Assembly (NCBI GenBank): GCA_030525745.1
Contig: JAUNED010000002.1
Location: 46,222-110,221 of the forward strand
Direction of reading: 5' to 3'
DNA: 64,000 nucleotides
DNA from: Lonepinella koalarum
GTDB lineage: Bacteria; Pseudomonadota; Gammaproteobacteria; Enterobacterales; Pasteurellaceae
The position numbers were made by a program, and so were the translations under genes. Positions 22,028 through 33,611 of the stretch are shown here, one piece after another (position 1 is the stretch's first letter; each line of letters opens with the position of its first letter). Below the pieces are notes generated by a model. It did not search any database and was not told where the DNA came from. It worked only from the letters and a program-made list of their open reading frames with translations.

Positions 22028-24046
22028 TTATGTGAAATTTTTGATCGATAACAAATTTTTTAAGCCACTATAACGTTTTGTTGGTGTTTTTACTGCAGAA
22101 ATCCATACCAATTTATGACCAAAAATAGTTAATTTCACTTTAGCCCGAGTTACAGCGGTATAAATTAATTCTTTACTTAATATGGCACTTTTTTCCGAAG
22201 GTAGTACAAAAAACGTATGAGAGAATTCTGACCCCTGTGATTTATGTACCGTCATTGCAAAGGCCGTTTCAGATTTCGGCAGACGACTAGGCAAAACAGC
22301 TCGAAATTCACCCGTACTTTGTACTTTTCCTTGCACGATTTTACCGGCTTTTAATTCAAACCAAACTCGTCCTTCACCTTTTTCATCAACCAAATATAAC
22401 CCGATATCGCCATTGTATAAATTAACGTGACTATCATTTTCCGTAATCATGATCGGCTTACCGTTATACCATTCACGCGCCTGTCTAAAAGAAATAAGCC
22501 CTTTATTTTTTAATGTATTGGCAATTTCTTTATTCAAATTATCTACGCCCAACAAGCCAACTCTAAGTGCGGTTAAAAATCGTTGCTTTTTGAATGCTTC
22601 GAAAATTAGAGTTAATTTGTCCTTATTCAGGGGGGAATCTGATGTAGCCAATATCAAATAATCTTGATATTGCTCTATGGCACATCGCATCACCTGTTTG
22701 AGTGTTATTTGAGGATCGGTATTTTCGTAAACCGTTAAATCTGTAAAGCTCTCTGATTTTAGCCTTTGCCAACTTTCCTCTCCCTGTGCATTATTAATGT
22801 CTTCTGCTAATATACCAATCCCCGAATTGCCGTCAAAACGGCGACTTTCCCGTAAATAACAAATATAATCCCGAACGGGATCGCCTTGAGTATGACTTGG
22901 CAATTGTTGTCCTGTTGTTTGAGCTAAATAACGGGTTAATTCCTCACTATAATTTTGCTCAGAAAACTGCCCCAACTCCCCCAAAATTGCACCGGCTTCT
23001 ACAGAGGAAAGCTGATCTTTATCACCAATTAAAATCAATTTTGTCTTCTTTTTTAAGGCTTGTACTAATTTTGCCATCATAGATAAATCCACCATGGATG
23101 CCTCATCAATCACCAGCAAATCAATAGGTAACGGATTTTGTGGATTAAATTGAGTCTCCTCACTGAATTGCCGAACGCCAAGTAATCTATGCAGAGTTTG
23201 GCTTTCGGTATTAATACTATGGCGTAATTGAGCAAATTTTTGTTGATCGGTCAGCGATTTTTCTGCAATCTGGCTTTCGAGTTGATTAAAGGTATTCTCA
23301 ATACTTTCTGTTAAACGGGCTGCTGCTTTACCTGTAGGAGCTGCCAATTTAATCTGCAAAAAAGGCGCTTTATTTTGCATTTGCATTTCCTGTAATGCGA
23401 TCAACAAGCGTGCAACAGTATAGGTTTTTCCCGTACCCGGCCCACCTGAAATTAAACAAAATTGTTGGCGTAACGCTGTTGCTACCGCTATTTTTTGCCA
23501 GTTAATTTTATTTTCAACATTCGGCTCAAAATATTGATTTAATAAATCAGCCATTTTATATGCCCAAATGTCTGTTTTTTCTACCGCACTTTTTTCGCTT
23601 TGACAAATAGACTGCTGAATAAAATTAGCAACACGAAATTCATCTTGCCACACACGATATAAGTAAAGTGAATTATATTGAAAAACAAAAGGCTTATTTT
23701 CTTTGGTGGGTTCAAATGTAAATGCAATGTGATAACGTAACGCTTCTTGCCATTGTGAAGCCGGTAAAAAATCAATTTTTTTGTGAATTTCTGCCAATAG
23801 CATTTGCCCTTCTTGACCTTTAAAAGACAAATTAAATAGACATTTTTCCAAAAAACGATTTAAGAAAATACAACTATGCCCTTGTTGATGAGCGTGATTG
23901 CAAAGGGCGACCAACAAAACAGCAAGGTTTTCTACAGGCTTGCTATAATTCAGCCCTTGTTGTTTATCTGAAATGAACTTTGCAAAATAATAAGTGGTTT
24001 GGCTGATAACCTTTTTCTGTTTTAATGCGTAAAGAAGATTAAGCAT
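22028..24046 (-). CDS. recD: Exodeoxyribonuclease V alpha subunit RecD
   Basis: 672 aa. Walker A LISGGPGTGKT, helicase motifs. Overlaps the recB stop as in recBD operons. Confidence 0.9.
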   Translation of the reverse strand: MLNLLYALKQKKVISQTTYYFAKFISDKQQGLNYSKPVENLAVLLVALCNHAHQQGHSCIFLNRFLEKCLFNLSFKGQEGQMLLAEIHKKIDFLPASQWQEALRYHIAFTFEPTKENKPFVFQYNSLYLYRVWQDEFRVANFIQQSICQSEKSAVEKTDIWAYKMADLLNQYFEPNVENKINWQKIAVATALRQQFCLISGGPGTGKTYTVARLLIALQEMQMQNKAPFLQIKLAAPTGKAAARLTESIENTFNQLESQIAEKSLTDQQKFAQLRHSINTESQTLHRLLGVRQFSEETQFNPQNPLPIDLLVIDEASMVDLSMMAKLVQALKKKTKLILIGDKDQLSSVEAGAILGELGQFSEQNYSEELTRYLAQTTGQQLPSHTQGDPVRDYICYLRESRRFDGNSGIGILAEDINNAQGEESWQRLKSESFTDLTVYENTDPQITLKQVMRCAIEQYQDYLILATSDSPLNKDKLTLIFEAFKKQRFLTALRVGLLGVDNLNKEIANTLKNKGLISFRQAREWYNGKPIMITENDSHVNLYNGDIGLYLVDEKGEGRVWFELKAGKIVQGKVQSTGEFRAVLPSRLPKSETAFAMTVHKSQGSEFSHTFFVLPSEKSAILSKELIYTAVTRAKVKLTIFGHKLVWISAVKTPTKRYSGLKNLLSIKNFT

Positions 24047-27000
24047 AAAATAATTCTCCCAAAGCCTGAATTAAACCACTGTCAGGTTGATGAAAATAGA
24101 CCCCTTGACCTATCGTTTTACCGTTCATTCCTCGCAAAAAACAATAAAAAACACCACCAAAATGCTGAGTATAATTATACTCTTTATGACGTAATTGCAA
24201 ATAACGATCCAGTGCCACTGTGTAAAGTAAATATTGCAAATCGTAATATTGTGATTTCATTACTTGTGGGAGTTTATCGGCTGCATAATCGTCTATATTG
24301 TTACCGAGTAAGTTAGATTTATAATCAGCTAAATAATACTTTCCTTGATGATAAAATACTAAATCAATAAATCCTTGAAGCATTCCTTGCAGTTGCTCGA
24401 AAGAAAAAGAGGATTCTTTAAAATAAGCATCTTTCTGCAAGATATCATTGAATTTTTTCACCGAAAAATCAGGTTTCACTTTGAGATAAAATTGCAATTC
24501 TTTCAAAAGCTGATGATTGTAAATTTGTTTTAATGTTATGCCTTCTGAATTTAATTTTGTCGTTAAAATATTTTCAATCCATTGATTTAAAGGTATTTTC
24601 CATTGTTCGTCAAGTTGTAGTCGGCGGATTATTTTTTCAATTAACTCCCCTTTTATTGGTTGATTAAAAGGTTGTTTTTCAAAGAATTTATGCAAGATTA
24701 CACCCACATTCATGCCATGTGGAAAATCTACCGGTGAAAAATGTTCAGGATAATCTTGCCAACTCATGGTATTTTGCTCAATGTTTACCTCTGAATGATT
24801 TTCATCATTACCACCAAGCAAAACCGCATTTTTTTCAACCGCACTTTTCCCTAATTCAGTATGGCGTAAATGTGAATTAAGCAAGCCTGTAAAACTGGCG
24901 ATATGCCAATTTTTTTCAATATTGCCATTAAATCGATGAGCAAAATAGGTGACATTATCATAATGAGTAATATATTTATCCTTTGAAATAGGCACAGATT
25001 GAATAATTTCTATGTTATGTTCACCGACTTTTTGCTGTAATTTTTGCAATAATTCAACAGAACAATAAGGTTTTTTAAGCGCAATATCTGTACCGATTTC
25101 ACCTTCAGTCATCGCATATAACAAACTATTCCAACTCTCCATCTCTCTGCCGGAAGCTTTAAATTCTGTCGGTAAAATTAAAGAAATATGATATTTTGCC
25201 CTTGTCAGTGCAACATAGAGCAAACGCATTTCTTCAGCAAATTGTTCTTTTTGAACTAAATCAACCTGCTGCGATTGTATATCCCATTGAATTTGTTTAT
25301 TTTCAGCATGGTAATAAGTGGTAATTTGGTTGTTCCCTATTTTTTTCGTACTTTTACTGATAAAAGGTAGCCAGACCACATCATATTCCAACCCTTTAGA
25401 TTTATGAATGGTAACAATTTTGACTAAATCTTGTTCGCTTTCCAAGCGAATATGTTGTTCTTCAGCGTTGAAATCCTGTTTTTGTAATTGTTTTTCCAGC
25501 CATACAATTAAGGCTGCTTCCGTTTCTTGGTTGACGGAAGCTTGTTGCAATAATTCGGCTAAATGAAGAAAATCTGTCAGAAGTCGTTCTCCATTAGCAA
25601 AGTGCATCAAACGTTCTGCCATTGAATGAGAATATCCCTCGTTTTTTCGGTGTAATAGCTGATGCAACATAGGCAATACTCCTTTGAATTTCCAGGCTTT
25701 ATGACAATCTTCAAAAACCTCAAGCCAAGATTCTAGTTGTTTTTCTCCTTGTTTAATTTGAATCAATTGTGTGGCATTTAAACCCAATGCCAATGATGAT
25801 AAGGCAGCAAGTACGTTTTTTTCTGATTGCGGTTGCAAACAGGCTTTCAAAATCTCGATAAGGCTAGGCGCAATAGCACTTTCAAAAACCGAACTTTGAT
25901 CAGATAAATAGACCGAAGCAATATTGCGTTTTTGTAAGGCTTGTTTAATCTCATCAGCCTCATAACGATTTCGCACCAATACAGCAATATTTTTTGCTAA
26001 CAAAGGCTGAAAATCCTTATCTACAAATCCGGCTTTTTCGCTCAAAAGTCGGTAGATAGAATCGGCACAAATTTCCGCTATTAAGTTTTTATCCTCACAA
26101 ATATAGGCTTTCAATGGCGCTTGTAAAGTCCCATTAAGCTGAAATTCTGCCATATTAGGCCGCCCTGCACCTACCGGTAAAAAGCTAATTTCATCATATA
26201 AAAACGGAGGATTTGGCGTAAAACCAAACATCTGATTAACCATCTTAATTAACCGACCTTCAGAACGAAAATTCTTATCCAAAGTGAATCGCACTTTTGC
26301 CTCTGAAGCCGCTTGTAAATAAGTATTGATATCTGCACCACGGAATTTATAAATCGCCTGTTTCGGATCGCCAATCATAATAAAACCGGTATCCGATGTT
26401 TGAGCATAAAGTTTGCTAAAAATACGGTATTGCATGACATCGGTATCCTGAAATTCATCAATCATAGCAAAAGGATATTGATGACGAATTAAGGCTGCTA
26501 AGTCCTCGCCTTGTGCAGATTTCAAAGCATCATCGGCTAAACGCAATAAGTCATAGAAACTTTTTTCTGTATGAGTTGTTTTATAATCAATGAGTTTTTG
26601 TCTAACCCATTGTATATAATGATGTAAAATAATTTTCTCAGCTAAAAGAAAATCCGTATTGCCTATTTCATCAACATATTCAAAACAAGGATGAACTAAA
26701 GGCATTTTACCTTCAGGGGTATATTGTTCGATTAAATTCCGTTGTGAAAAATATTGGGTTAAGCATTTGGGTAAAGTTAAATCAAGGGAATTTCCCGCCC
26801 AATGATCAATTTGATCCAACCAATTAGGTACAGTATTTGATTTAAAACTAGTACCTTTTACCCGTTTTTCTTTACTTGGTTTATTTATCTCATTTAATAA
26901 AATCTGCCGAATTTCTACCGCACTTTGTTGCCATTTTTCCTTTAACGCTATGAATTTCATTAAATCGCTATGTAAAAAAGCCTGTAGAAAATCAGGCAAG

Positions 27001-27677
27001 GATTGATGAAACAATTTGTTATCTAAAGCAACATTTAAAGGCTCTCCTGCAACGTATTTTTTAATCTTTTTCAATACTTCATCGGGCGATTTAAATTTTT
27101 CCTTTAAGAATTGTGTCATTAACAATGGTTGTGGGTAAAAAAATTCTCTCCAGAATTCTCGACAGAACTGTTGTAACAATTCGGTTTCATCTTTGACTAA
27201 GTCTAAATTAAAGGAAATGCCGGAATGAAAAGCATATTTCATTAAAACCCGTCGGCAAAAGCCATGTATAGTATAAATTGCCGCTAAATCCATATTTTGC
27301 TCGGCAATGTGCAAACGATGAATAGCTTCATTAATATCAGAAATACTTTCCACCAATTCTGCCAAAATGATATTGTCCGAATTCTCAAAAATAGATTTAT
27401 CTTGTTTCTCTCTATACACCAACAATTGCTTTTTAGCTAAATGGATCCGGCTGCGAATTCTCTCTTTTAGTTCTTGGGTGGCAGCTTCGGTAAAGGTCAC
27501 CACTAAAATTTGCTCAACAGATAAGGGTTGAGAAAAGTGATTTTCTCCTGCTTGCAATAATAGGCGCAAATACAACGAGGCTATGGTATAAGTTTTACCT
27601 GTGCCGGCAGAGGCTTCAATCAATACGACTGAATTTAATGGGGTTGTAACGGGGTTAAGTGCGGTAGGTTTTTGCAT
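24039..27677 (-). CDS. recB: Exodeoxyribonuclease V beta subunit RecB
   Basis: 1212 aa. UvrD-like helicase motifs (EASAGTGKT) plus a C-terminal PD-(D/E)XK nuclease domain. Confidence 0.95.
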   Translation of the reverse strand: MQKPTALNPVTTPLNSVVLIEASAGTGKTYTIASLYLRLLLQAGENHFSQPLSVEQILVVTFTEAATQELKERIRSRIHLAKKQLLVYREKQDKSIFENSDNIILAELVESISDINEAIHRLHIAEQNMDLAAIYTIHGFCRRVLMKYAFHSGISFNLDLVKDETELLQQFCREFWREFFYPQPLLMTQFLKEKFKSPDEVLKKIKKYVAGEPLNVALDNKLFHQSLPDFLQAFLHSDLMKFIALKEKWQQSAVEIRQILLNEINKPSKEKRVKGTSFKSNTVPNWLDQIDHWAGNSLDLTLPKCLTQYFSQRNLIEQYTPEGKMPLVHPCFEYVDEIGNTDFLLAEKIILHHYIQWVRQKLIDYKTTHTEKSFYDLLRLADDALKSAQGEDLAALIRHQYPFAMIDEFQDTDVMQYRIFSKLYAQTSDTGFIMIGDPKQAIYKFRGADINTYLQAASEAKVRFTLDKNFRSEGRLIKMVNQMFGFTPNPPFLYDEISFLPVGAGRPNMAEFQLNGTLQAPLKAYICEDKNLIAEICADSIYRLLSEKAGFVDKDFQPLLAKNIAVLVRNRYEADEIKQALQKRNIASVYLSDQSSVFESAIAPSLIEILKACLQPQSEKNVLAALSSLALGLNATQLIQIKQGEKQLESWLEVFEDCHKAWKFKGVLPMLHQLLHRKNEGYSHSMAERLMHFANGERLLTDFLHLAELLQQASVNQETEAALIVWLEKQLQKQDFNAEEQHIRLESEQDLVKIVTIHKSKGLEYDVVWLPFISKSTKKIGNNQITTYYHAENKQIQWDIQSQQVDLVQKEQFAEEMRLLYVALTRAKYHISLILPTEFKASGREMESWNSLLYAMTEGEIGTDIALKKPYCSVELLQKLQQKVGEHNIEIIQSVPISKDKYITHYDNVTYFAHRFNGNIEKNWHIASFTGLLNSHLRHTELGKSAVEKNAVLLGGNDENHSEVNIEQNTMSWQDYPEHFSPVDFPHGMNVGVILHKFFEKQPFNQPIKGELIEKIIRRLQLDEQWKIPLNQWIENILTTKLNSEGITLKQIYNHQLLKELQFYLKVKPDFSVKKFNDILQKDAYFKESSFSFEQLQGMLQGFIDLVFYHQGKYYLADYKSNLLGNNIDDYAADKLPQVMKSQYYDLQYLLYTVALDRYLQLRHKEYNYTQHFGGVFYCFLRGMNGKTIGQGVYFHQPDSGLIQALGELFYA

Positions 27678-27751
27678 AATTTTGAAAAAGAAAAAGGCTA
27701 ACGACCGATGTCGTTAGCCTATCACAGAACGTAGAAAAATTTAATGGTGAA

Positions 27752-29047
27752 TTAGCCAACCCACACAAATTTAATTAAGAATAAAATAGAAACGACCCAA
27801 ACAGAAGCATTCACTTCTTTAATGCGACCTGTGCAGGCTTTCATTACACAGTAACTGATGAAACCAAATGCAATACCTTCCGTAATAGAATAGGTGAAAG
27901 GCATCATTGCAGTGGTGATAAATGCCGGTGTTGCTTCGGTTAAATCATCCCATTTTACTTCAATCAAGCTTGATGCCATTAAAATACCGACGAAAACTAA
28001 TGCACCGGCTGTAGCATAAGGCGGTACTAAGCCTGCTAATGGCGAGAAGAAAATGGTCAGTAAGAATAATAGGCCTACAACTACCGCTGTTAAACCTGTA
28101 CGCCCCCCCACAGAAACACCTGAGCCACTCTCAATATAGGTACTGATGGCCGATGTCCCCATAAATGTACCGGCCATTGCTGCTGTACTGTCCACTAATA
28201 ATGCTTGTTTCATTTTTGGGAAACGCCCTTGCTCATCGGCAAAACCGGCTTTTGTGGTCACTGCAATTAACGTACCTGAAGAGTCAAATAAATTCACTAA
28301 TAAGAAAGAAAAAATAATACCGGCCAATCCAATATCAAAAGCACCGGCAATATCCACTTGTCCAACGACTGCATCAAGGCTTGGTGGCATGGAAACAACG
28401 CCACTGAATTTAACAGCTGGATCAAAGATTAATGCTAAAGCAGTAATCACAGCAATAGAAACTAATACACCGGAGTGAATTCCACGAGCCGCTAATGCCA
28501 CAATAATGAAGAAGCCTAAAATCCCCATTAAAATTTTAGGATCATGCAAATCACCTAATGCTACAAGAGTTGCCGGATTTGCCACAACCAAGCCCATATT
28601 TTTAAAGCCAATCAAGGCAATAAATAGGCCGATCCCTGCGCCAATTCCTACACGCAAGCCTAATGGAATTGCAGACATAAACCAATAACGGACTTGTAAA
28701 ACCGTTAAAAGGAATAAACCAACGGAGCCTAAGAAAATTGCCCCCATACCCACTTGCCAAGAATAGCCCAATTTTTGTACAACAACAAAAGCAAAAAATG
28801 CATTTAAGCCCATTGCCGGTGCAAGAGCAATCGGTAAATTACTAAATAAGCCCATGGCAATAGTACCAAATGCCGCAATTAAACAGGTGGTGACAAAAAC
28901 CACTTGGGTATCCATTCCAGCTACGCCTAAAATTGACGGATTGACAAACACGATATACACCATCGTGAAAAAGGTTGTGATCCCGGCGATCACTTCCGTT
29001 TTGGCATTACTGCCTTTTTGTTTCAGTTGAAAAAGTTTTTCTAACAT
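27752..29047 (-). CDS. Purine (adenine/guanine/hypoxanthine) permease, NCS2/AzgA family
   Basis: 431 aa, about 12 TM segments. N-terminal …KTEVIAGITTFFTMVYIVFVNP… signature is typical of AzgA/PurP-type permeases. Confidence 0.8.
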   Translation of the reverse strand: MLEKLFQLKQKGSNAKTEVIAGITTFFTMVYIVFVNPSILGVAGMDTQVVFVTTCLIAAFGTIAMGLFSNLPIALAPAMGLNAFFAFVVVQKLGYSWQVGMGAIFLGSVGLFLLTVLQVRYWFMSAIPLGLRVGIGAGIGLFIALIGFKNMGLVVANPATLVALGDLHDPKILMGILGFFIIVALAARGIHSGVLVSIAVITALALIFDPAVKFSGVVSMPPSLDAVVGQVDIAGAFDIGLAGIIFSFLLVNLFDSSGTLIAVTTKAGFADEQGRFPKMKQALLVDSTAAMAGTFMGTSAISTYIESGSGVSVGGRTGLTAVVVGLLFLLTIFFSPLAGLVPPYATAGALVFVGILMASSLIEVKWDDLTEATPAFITTAMMPFTYSITEGIAFGFISYCVMKACTGRIKEVNASVWVVSILFLIKFVWVG

Positions 29048-29084
29048 AGTTTTTCCTTATAAAGGGTTATTTTTAATAAAAAAT

Positions 29085-30053
29085 TTAATGATTTTTTTGA
29101 CAAATTTTTTCCAGCAATTTGACCGTTAATATCGCCAACGTAAAACGTTGTTCGTCTGCTACCGTCCAAAATTCAACGCCATTTTCCACAGCAGTTAAAT
29201 TACTCAAATGCAATTTAGCTTCCTGCTCAGCATTTTCAGTTTCCACATTTGCATTGGAAACCGGAGTGATCAGATTATCTTCCAAACAAATCAAAGAATG
29301 ATTTTTCCATTGTTCCAATAATAAATCTGGGTCTATTTCATAGTCAGAAAGTGCGGTCAGTTTTTGTGCCGTTCCGTAAAATACAGGCACTTGAACGGAA
29401 TGAAATACCACATTCAAGGTCGGAAAAAGTTTTTGCAATTGTGCCGCTAAATTCACCGCACTTTTTGGAAACACATCAAACGCAAAACGTTGTTCGTTCT
29501 CTTCCAACGGAATACCGTTCAACAAACGAGCCGTTTGTCCCGCTAATTTGCTTACCGTTTCAGCGTTCGAATAAGATGCTGGCAACAACGAAGTTACCAA
29601 CACTTGTGATAAAGGATATTGAGCCAACAAAGGCACCAATGCCAACGCCGCTTGGCTTACCTGTGGATCAGGTAATGCTAAAATATTCGCCTGCGGTAAA
29701 TCCATTAAAAGATCATCATTGATTGTCGGAAGAATCAATGGCACGGCTGCAACAGACGCACATACTCCTTTCATATCAATGACAACACAACCGGCTTCCG
29801 CAGCATTGGCAATATGCTCGGCAAAAGCAACTTCGCCGGCAAACAACACATAATCATAATCAGACCATTGCACCTCCGCCACAGGCAGCTGCTCTACTGT
29901 TCTATTGTTAAATCTTATGCCTTGTTCTTCATTAAAAGGATAAATTTCCACAATGCGTAATGTTGCCGTTTTCAATGCTGAGTTTTCCAAGCATTCCGCC
30001 AGTTTTTCACACAGCTCGAATTCCGCTGCAATCGCAATATTCAATCTATTCAT
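29085..30053 (-). CDS. usg: USG-1 protein homologue (aspartate-semialdehyde dehydrogenase-like)
   Basis: 322 aa. Aligns with E. coli Usg (…VTSLL.AS……LAGQ.A.LLNGIP…V.AP.FYG.AQ…). Confidence 0.75.
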   Translation of the reverse strand: MNRLNIAIAAEFELCEKLAECLENSALKTATLRIVEIYPFNEEQGIRFNNRTVEQLPVAEVQWSDYDYVLFAGEVAFAEHIANAAEAGCVVIDMKGVCASVAAVPLILPTINDDLLMDLPQANILALPDPQVSQAALALVPLLAQYPLSQVLVTSLLPASYSNAETVSKLAGQTARLLNGIPLEENEQRFAFDVFPKSAVNLAAQLQKLFPTLNVVFHSVQVPVFYGTAQKLTALSDYEIDPDLLLEQWKNHSLICLEDNLITPVSNANVETENAEQEAKLHLSNLTAVENGVEFWTVADEQRFTLAILTVKLLEKICQKNH

Positions 30054-30114
30054 TTTTTCATCTCATCATTATAAAATAACGTGCTATTCTACATTTTTTA
30101 GGTGAAAAAAGACA

Positions 30115-30588
30115 ATGACACCCGCAATAGATTTACTCAAAAAGCATAAAATTCCTTTTATTTTGCACAGCTACGATCATGATCCGAATAATACTCACTT
30201 TGGCGATGAAGCAGCAGAAAAATTAGGTATTCCGCCGGAACAATCTTTTAAGACTCTTTTAGTGGCTGAAAACGGAGATCAAAAGAAGTTGGCTTGTTTT
30301 GTATTGCCAACGGCTAATATGTTAAATCTCAAAAAAGCTGCCAAAGCCATTAATGCGAAAAAAGTGGAAATGGCAGACAAAGAAGCAGCCCAAAAAAGCA
30401 GTGGCTATTTAGTGGGTGGCATTAGTCCTTTAGGGCAAAAGAAACTGCTAAAAACCTGTATTCATCAAAGTGCGGTCGATTTTGAACGAATTTTTGTTTC
30501 CGGTGGAAAACGGGGATTAAGTGTAGAACTCAACCCTCAAGATTTGGCGACATTACTCAATGCAGAATTTTTGGATATTGTGGATTGA
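30115..30588 (+). CDS. ybaK: Cys-tRNA(Pro)/Cys-tRNA(Cys) deacylase YbaK
   Basis: 157 aa. YbaK/ProX deacylase domain pattern (…KTLLV…GY.VGGISP.G…). Confidence 0.85.
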   Translation: MTPAIDLLKKHKIPFILHSYDHDPNNTHFGDEAAEKLGIPPEQSFKTLLVAENGDQKKLACFVLPTANMLNLKKAAKAINAKKVEMADKEAAQKSSGYLVGGISPLGQKKLLKTCIHQSAVDFERIFVSGGKRGLSVELNPQDLATLLNAEFLDIVD

Positions 30589-30601
30589 GATAATAGAAAT
30601 T

Positions 30602-30631
30602 AAAAAGCACGCTCAAAGCGTGCTTTATTTT
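30602..30631. terminator. Bidirectional terminator between ybaK and the orphan gene
   Basis: AAAAGCACGCT-caa-AGCGTGCTTT followed by ATTTTCT. Confidence 0.5.
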
Positions 30632-30635
30632 CTGT

Positions 30636-31493
30636 TTAGAGTTTTATCTCATTTTTTACTATTTTTTCTGACAGTAAATTTAAGAAGTTGATGAAATTTT
30701 CTCTCAACGGCTCTAGCTGGCTTGGTAAAAAATGAATTGTTTCTCCAAGCCGTATTTTACTATTCTCTTCGTGAGTTTTTGCCTTCAAATTAGCAATTTC
30801 TCCCCAACTCGAATAAACAGCCTCATCACCTAGATCTCTGGTTGCCAAACCATTTTCATCAATAATGATACCAAATGGCTTACTTAATGAAAAAATCATT
30901 TCATCAAGTGCGAATAATTTCACATTTGAAAATTTAAATACTTTGTTTGCTTTTTTGAGAATTTTCGTATCCGTATCAGGTTTTAACAGTACGCCATCGA
31001 GGGAAAAATTCACTAAAAGTTCATCTAAGTTCAGACTGCCACTTTCTGGGGTTTCAATAATATATGCAGAAATAATTTGTAAAACATCTTCCAAAATATT
31101 CTTTATTGCTAATTTCACCTCATCAGGTATGATGAATTTGCATTTTTGCTCAAATATTTCATAGGCTTTATGCTCTTCTCCACTACCTATTTTTATTAAA
31201 TCTGCAGTGCCGGTAGCACTAAACATGGAAGCTTTGGTTTGAATAAAAATATATCGACTGGTAATCAGAAAACCTAAACTATAACTTGTCGGCAATGGGG
31301 TTTGGACACCGACAAATGCCAAAACGTCACCTGAAATATTTTGTGCCGTATCTGTTAGAATTTGTTTTTCGGCTTTTTCCAATACCTCTTTTGCATCTTC
31401 CCAAGCAGGATGAGCATTTGAACTATTGATAAAAAGTACTTTTTGAGAAATTTCATCTAGATTGTGTAGATATTTTTCAAGTTGTAAAAGCAT
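30636..31493 (-). CDS. Hypothetical protein, no recognisable domain (285 aa)
   Basis: Clean ORF with AAGGA SD 5 nt before the ATG. Markedly AT-rich. Co-oriented with purF-ubiX, 30 nt downstream of ubiX. Confidence 0.6.
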   Translation of the reverse strand: MLLQLEKYLHNLDEISQKVLFINSSNAHPAWEDAKEVLEKAEKQILTDTAQNISGDVLAFVGVQTPLPTSYSLGFLITSRYIFIQTKASMFSATGTADLIKIGSGEEHKAYEIFEQKCKFIIPDEVKLAIKNILEDVLQIISAYIIETPESGSLNLDELLVNFSLDGVLLKPDTDTKILKKANKVFKFSNVKLFALDEMIFSLSKPFGIIIDENGLATRDLGDEAVYSSWGEIANLKAKTHEENSKIRLGETIHFLPSQLEPLRENFINFLNLLSEKIVKNEIKL

Positions 31494-31522
31494 AAATTTT
31501 CCTTAAGTTTTACTTTTAATTA

Positions 31523-32098
31523 TTAACTCCCCCAGCGCTGAAACAAATCTTGCGATAATTCAATACCGAGCTGGTCGCATAGGCGATTAACGGATTGATT
31601 GATAATATCATCAAGGGTTTGTGGTTTGTGATAAAACGCCGGCATGAGTGGGATAATTTGCGCCCCGATTTCTGCTGCTTGGGTCATCAAACGTAGATGT
31701 CCTAAATGCAAGGGGGTTTCCCGCACACACAATAATAAGGGTTTTCGCTCTTTCAGACACACATCAGCCGATCTAGTAATGAGATCATCGGTATAACTAT
31801 GAGCTATGCCTGATAAGGTTTTAATTGAGCAAGGTACAATCACCATTCCCATTGTGCGAAACGAACCGGAAGAAATGGCAGCACCAATATCCCTCACATC
31901 ATAAAACACATCACAAAGTGACCGCACTTTTTGCATACTATAAGCCGTTTCAGCGGCAATAGTTTGCTTGGCAGCTTGACTGACAACCAAATGCGTTTCA
32001 ATATAAGGAAGATTTTTCAGGATTTCCAGTAGGCGAATAGCATAAATGGCACCCGAGGCACCACTTATACCAATAATCAAGCGTTGTTTATCGTTCAT
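31523..32098 (-). CDS. ubiX: Flavin prenyltransferase UbiX
   Basis: 191 aa. [18 protein letters not shown] flavoprotein motif. Follows purF as in E. coli. Confidence 0.9.
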   Translation of the reverse strand: MNDKQRLIIGISGASGAIYAIRLLEILKNLPYIETHLVVSQAAKQTIAAETAYSMQKVRSLCDVFYDVRDIGAAISSGSFRTMGMVIVPCSIKTLSGIAHSYTDDLITRSADVCLKERKPLLLCVRETPLHLGHLRLMTQAAEIGAQIIPLMPAFYHKPQTLDDIINQSVNRLCDQLGIELSQDLFQRWGS

Positions 32099-33599
32099 TG
32101 TGAATTTCTAAATTAGCGGAATCTTTTTCACGTTTTTTCTTGGCACTGTCATTACGGCTTTCCGCAATACGATCTAGATATTCTGGCGTTACATCGCCGG
32201 TAACATATTCCCCAGTAAATACGGAAGCATCAAACTCCAAAATATGAGGGTTTTCTTGTTGAACGGATTCTTCTAATGCGCTTAAATCTTGGAAAATCAG
32301 GCGGTCTACACCGATCAATTTTGCCACTTCTTCCACATCTCGCCCATAGGCAATTAACTCGTGTTTCGTCGGCATATCAATACCATACACATTTGGATAG
32401 CGAATTTCAGGCGCAGCAGATGCAAAATAAATTTTCTTCGCACCGGCAGCTCGAGCCATATCCACAATTTGCTCGGAAGTCGTGCCTCGTACAATGGAAT
32501 CATCTACTAAAAGTACATTTTTACCTTTAAATTCAGAAGAAATCGTATTTAATTTACGGCGTACCGCACTCACTCGTTGGGTCTGCCCCGGCATAATGAA
32601 GGTGCGTCCCACATAACGGTTTTTCACAAAGCCTTGTCGATAGGGTTTTCCTAAAACATGAGCAATGCGTAATGCAATGTCATTAGAGGTTTCCGGCACA
32701 GGAATGACGACATCAATATCATCAATATTCCATTCTCGGGCAATTTTTTGTCCCAAACGCTCCCCCATATGCACACGAGCCGCATATACAGATACACCGT
32801 CAATTGTGGAATCCGGACGGGCAAAATACACATATTCAAAAATACAAGGGCTTAATTTAGGATTTTCTGCACATTGTTCAGAATAAAATTTACCGTCAAA
32901 AGTCACATAAATTGCCTCACCCGGTGCAACGTCTCGCACAAATTCAAAGCCGACAACGTCTAATGCAATACTTTCGGAGGCAAACATATATTCTGTCTTT
33001 CCGTTTTCTTCCCGTTTTCCCAAAACTAATGGACGAATGCCGTTAGGATCACGAAAAGCCACCATACCATGTCCTATAATCATTGCCACACAAGCATAGG
33101 CTCCACGGACATCTTTATTGGTTTTTTTTACCGCATAAAAAATATCTTCAGAAGACAAATGATCAGACTGTAAATTATCTACATAATAAGCCAAAATATT
33201 CAATAATACTTCTGAATCAGAGGTAGTATTCACATGGCGGCGAGCTAATCTGAACAATTTCTCTTTTAATTCATCTACATTGGTCAAATTGCCGTTATGC
33301 ACCAAGGATATGCCATAAGGGGAATTCACATAAAAAGGTTGTGCTTCTGAAACACTAGAACAACCAGCGGTCGGGTAACGAACGTGTCCAATACCGGCAT
33401 TCCCTTCTAAACGCAACATATGGACTTGTTGGAATACATCGCTGACTAACCCGTTTGCTTTGCGCAAGCGGAAACGGTTTTCGCTATCAACGGTCACAAT
33501 ACCGGCAGCATCTTGTCCACGATGTTGTAGTAAGGTTAAAGCATCATAAATTGATTGATTAACCGGACTCTGACTGACAATACCTACAATACCACACAT
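32088..33599 (-). CDS. purF: Amidophosphoribosyltransferase
   Basis: 503 aa. N-terminal MCGIVGI (Ntn Cys1) and PRTase domain. Confidence 0.95.
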   Translation of the reverse strand: MCGIVGIVSQSPVNQSIYDALTLLQHRGQDAAGIVTVDSENRFRLRKANGLVSDVFQQVHMLRLEGNAGIGHVRYPTAGCSSVSEAQPFYVNSPYGISLVHNGNLTNVDELKEKLFRLARRHVNTTSDSEVLLNILAYYVDNLQSDHLSSEDIFYAVKKTNKDVRGAYACVAMIIGHGMVAFRDPNGIRPLVLGKREENGKTEYMFASESIALDVVGFEFVRDVAPGEAIYVTFDGKFYSEQCAENPKLSPCIFEYVYFARPDSTIDGVSVYAARVHMGERLGQKIAREWNIDDIDVVIPVPETSNDIALRIAHVLGKPYRQGFVKNRYVGRTFIMPGQTQRVSAVRRKLNTISSEFKGKNVLLVDDSIVRGTTSEQIVDMARAAGAKKIYFASAAPEIRYPNVYGIDMPTKHELIAYGRDVEEVAKLIGVDRLIFQDLSALEESVQQENPHILEFDASVFTGEYVTGDVTPEYLDRIAESRNDSAKKKREKDSANLEIHNER

Positions 33600-33611
33600 T
33601 ATGTAATCCCC

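Noticed and set aside
28146-28688. Plus-strand ORFs of 110 and 60 aa
   Set aside because: Antisense to the purine permease gene.
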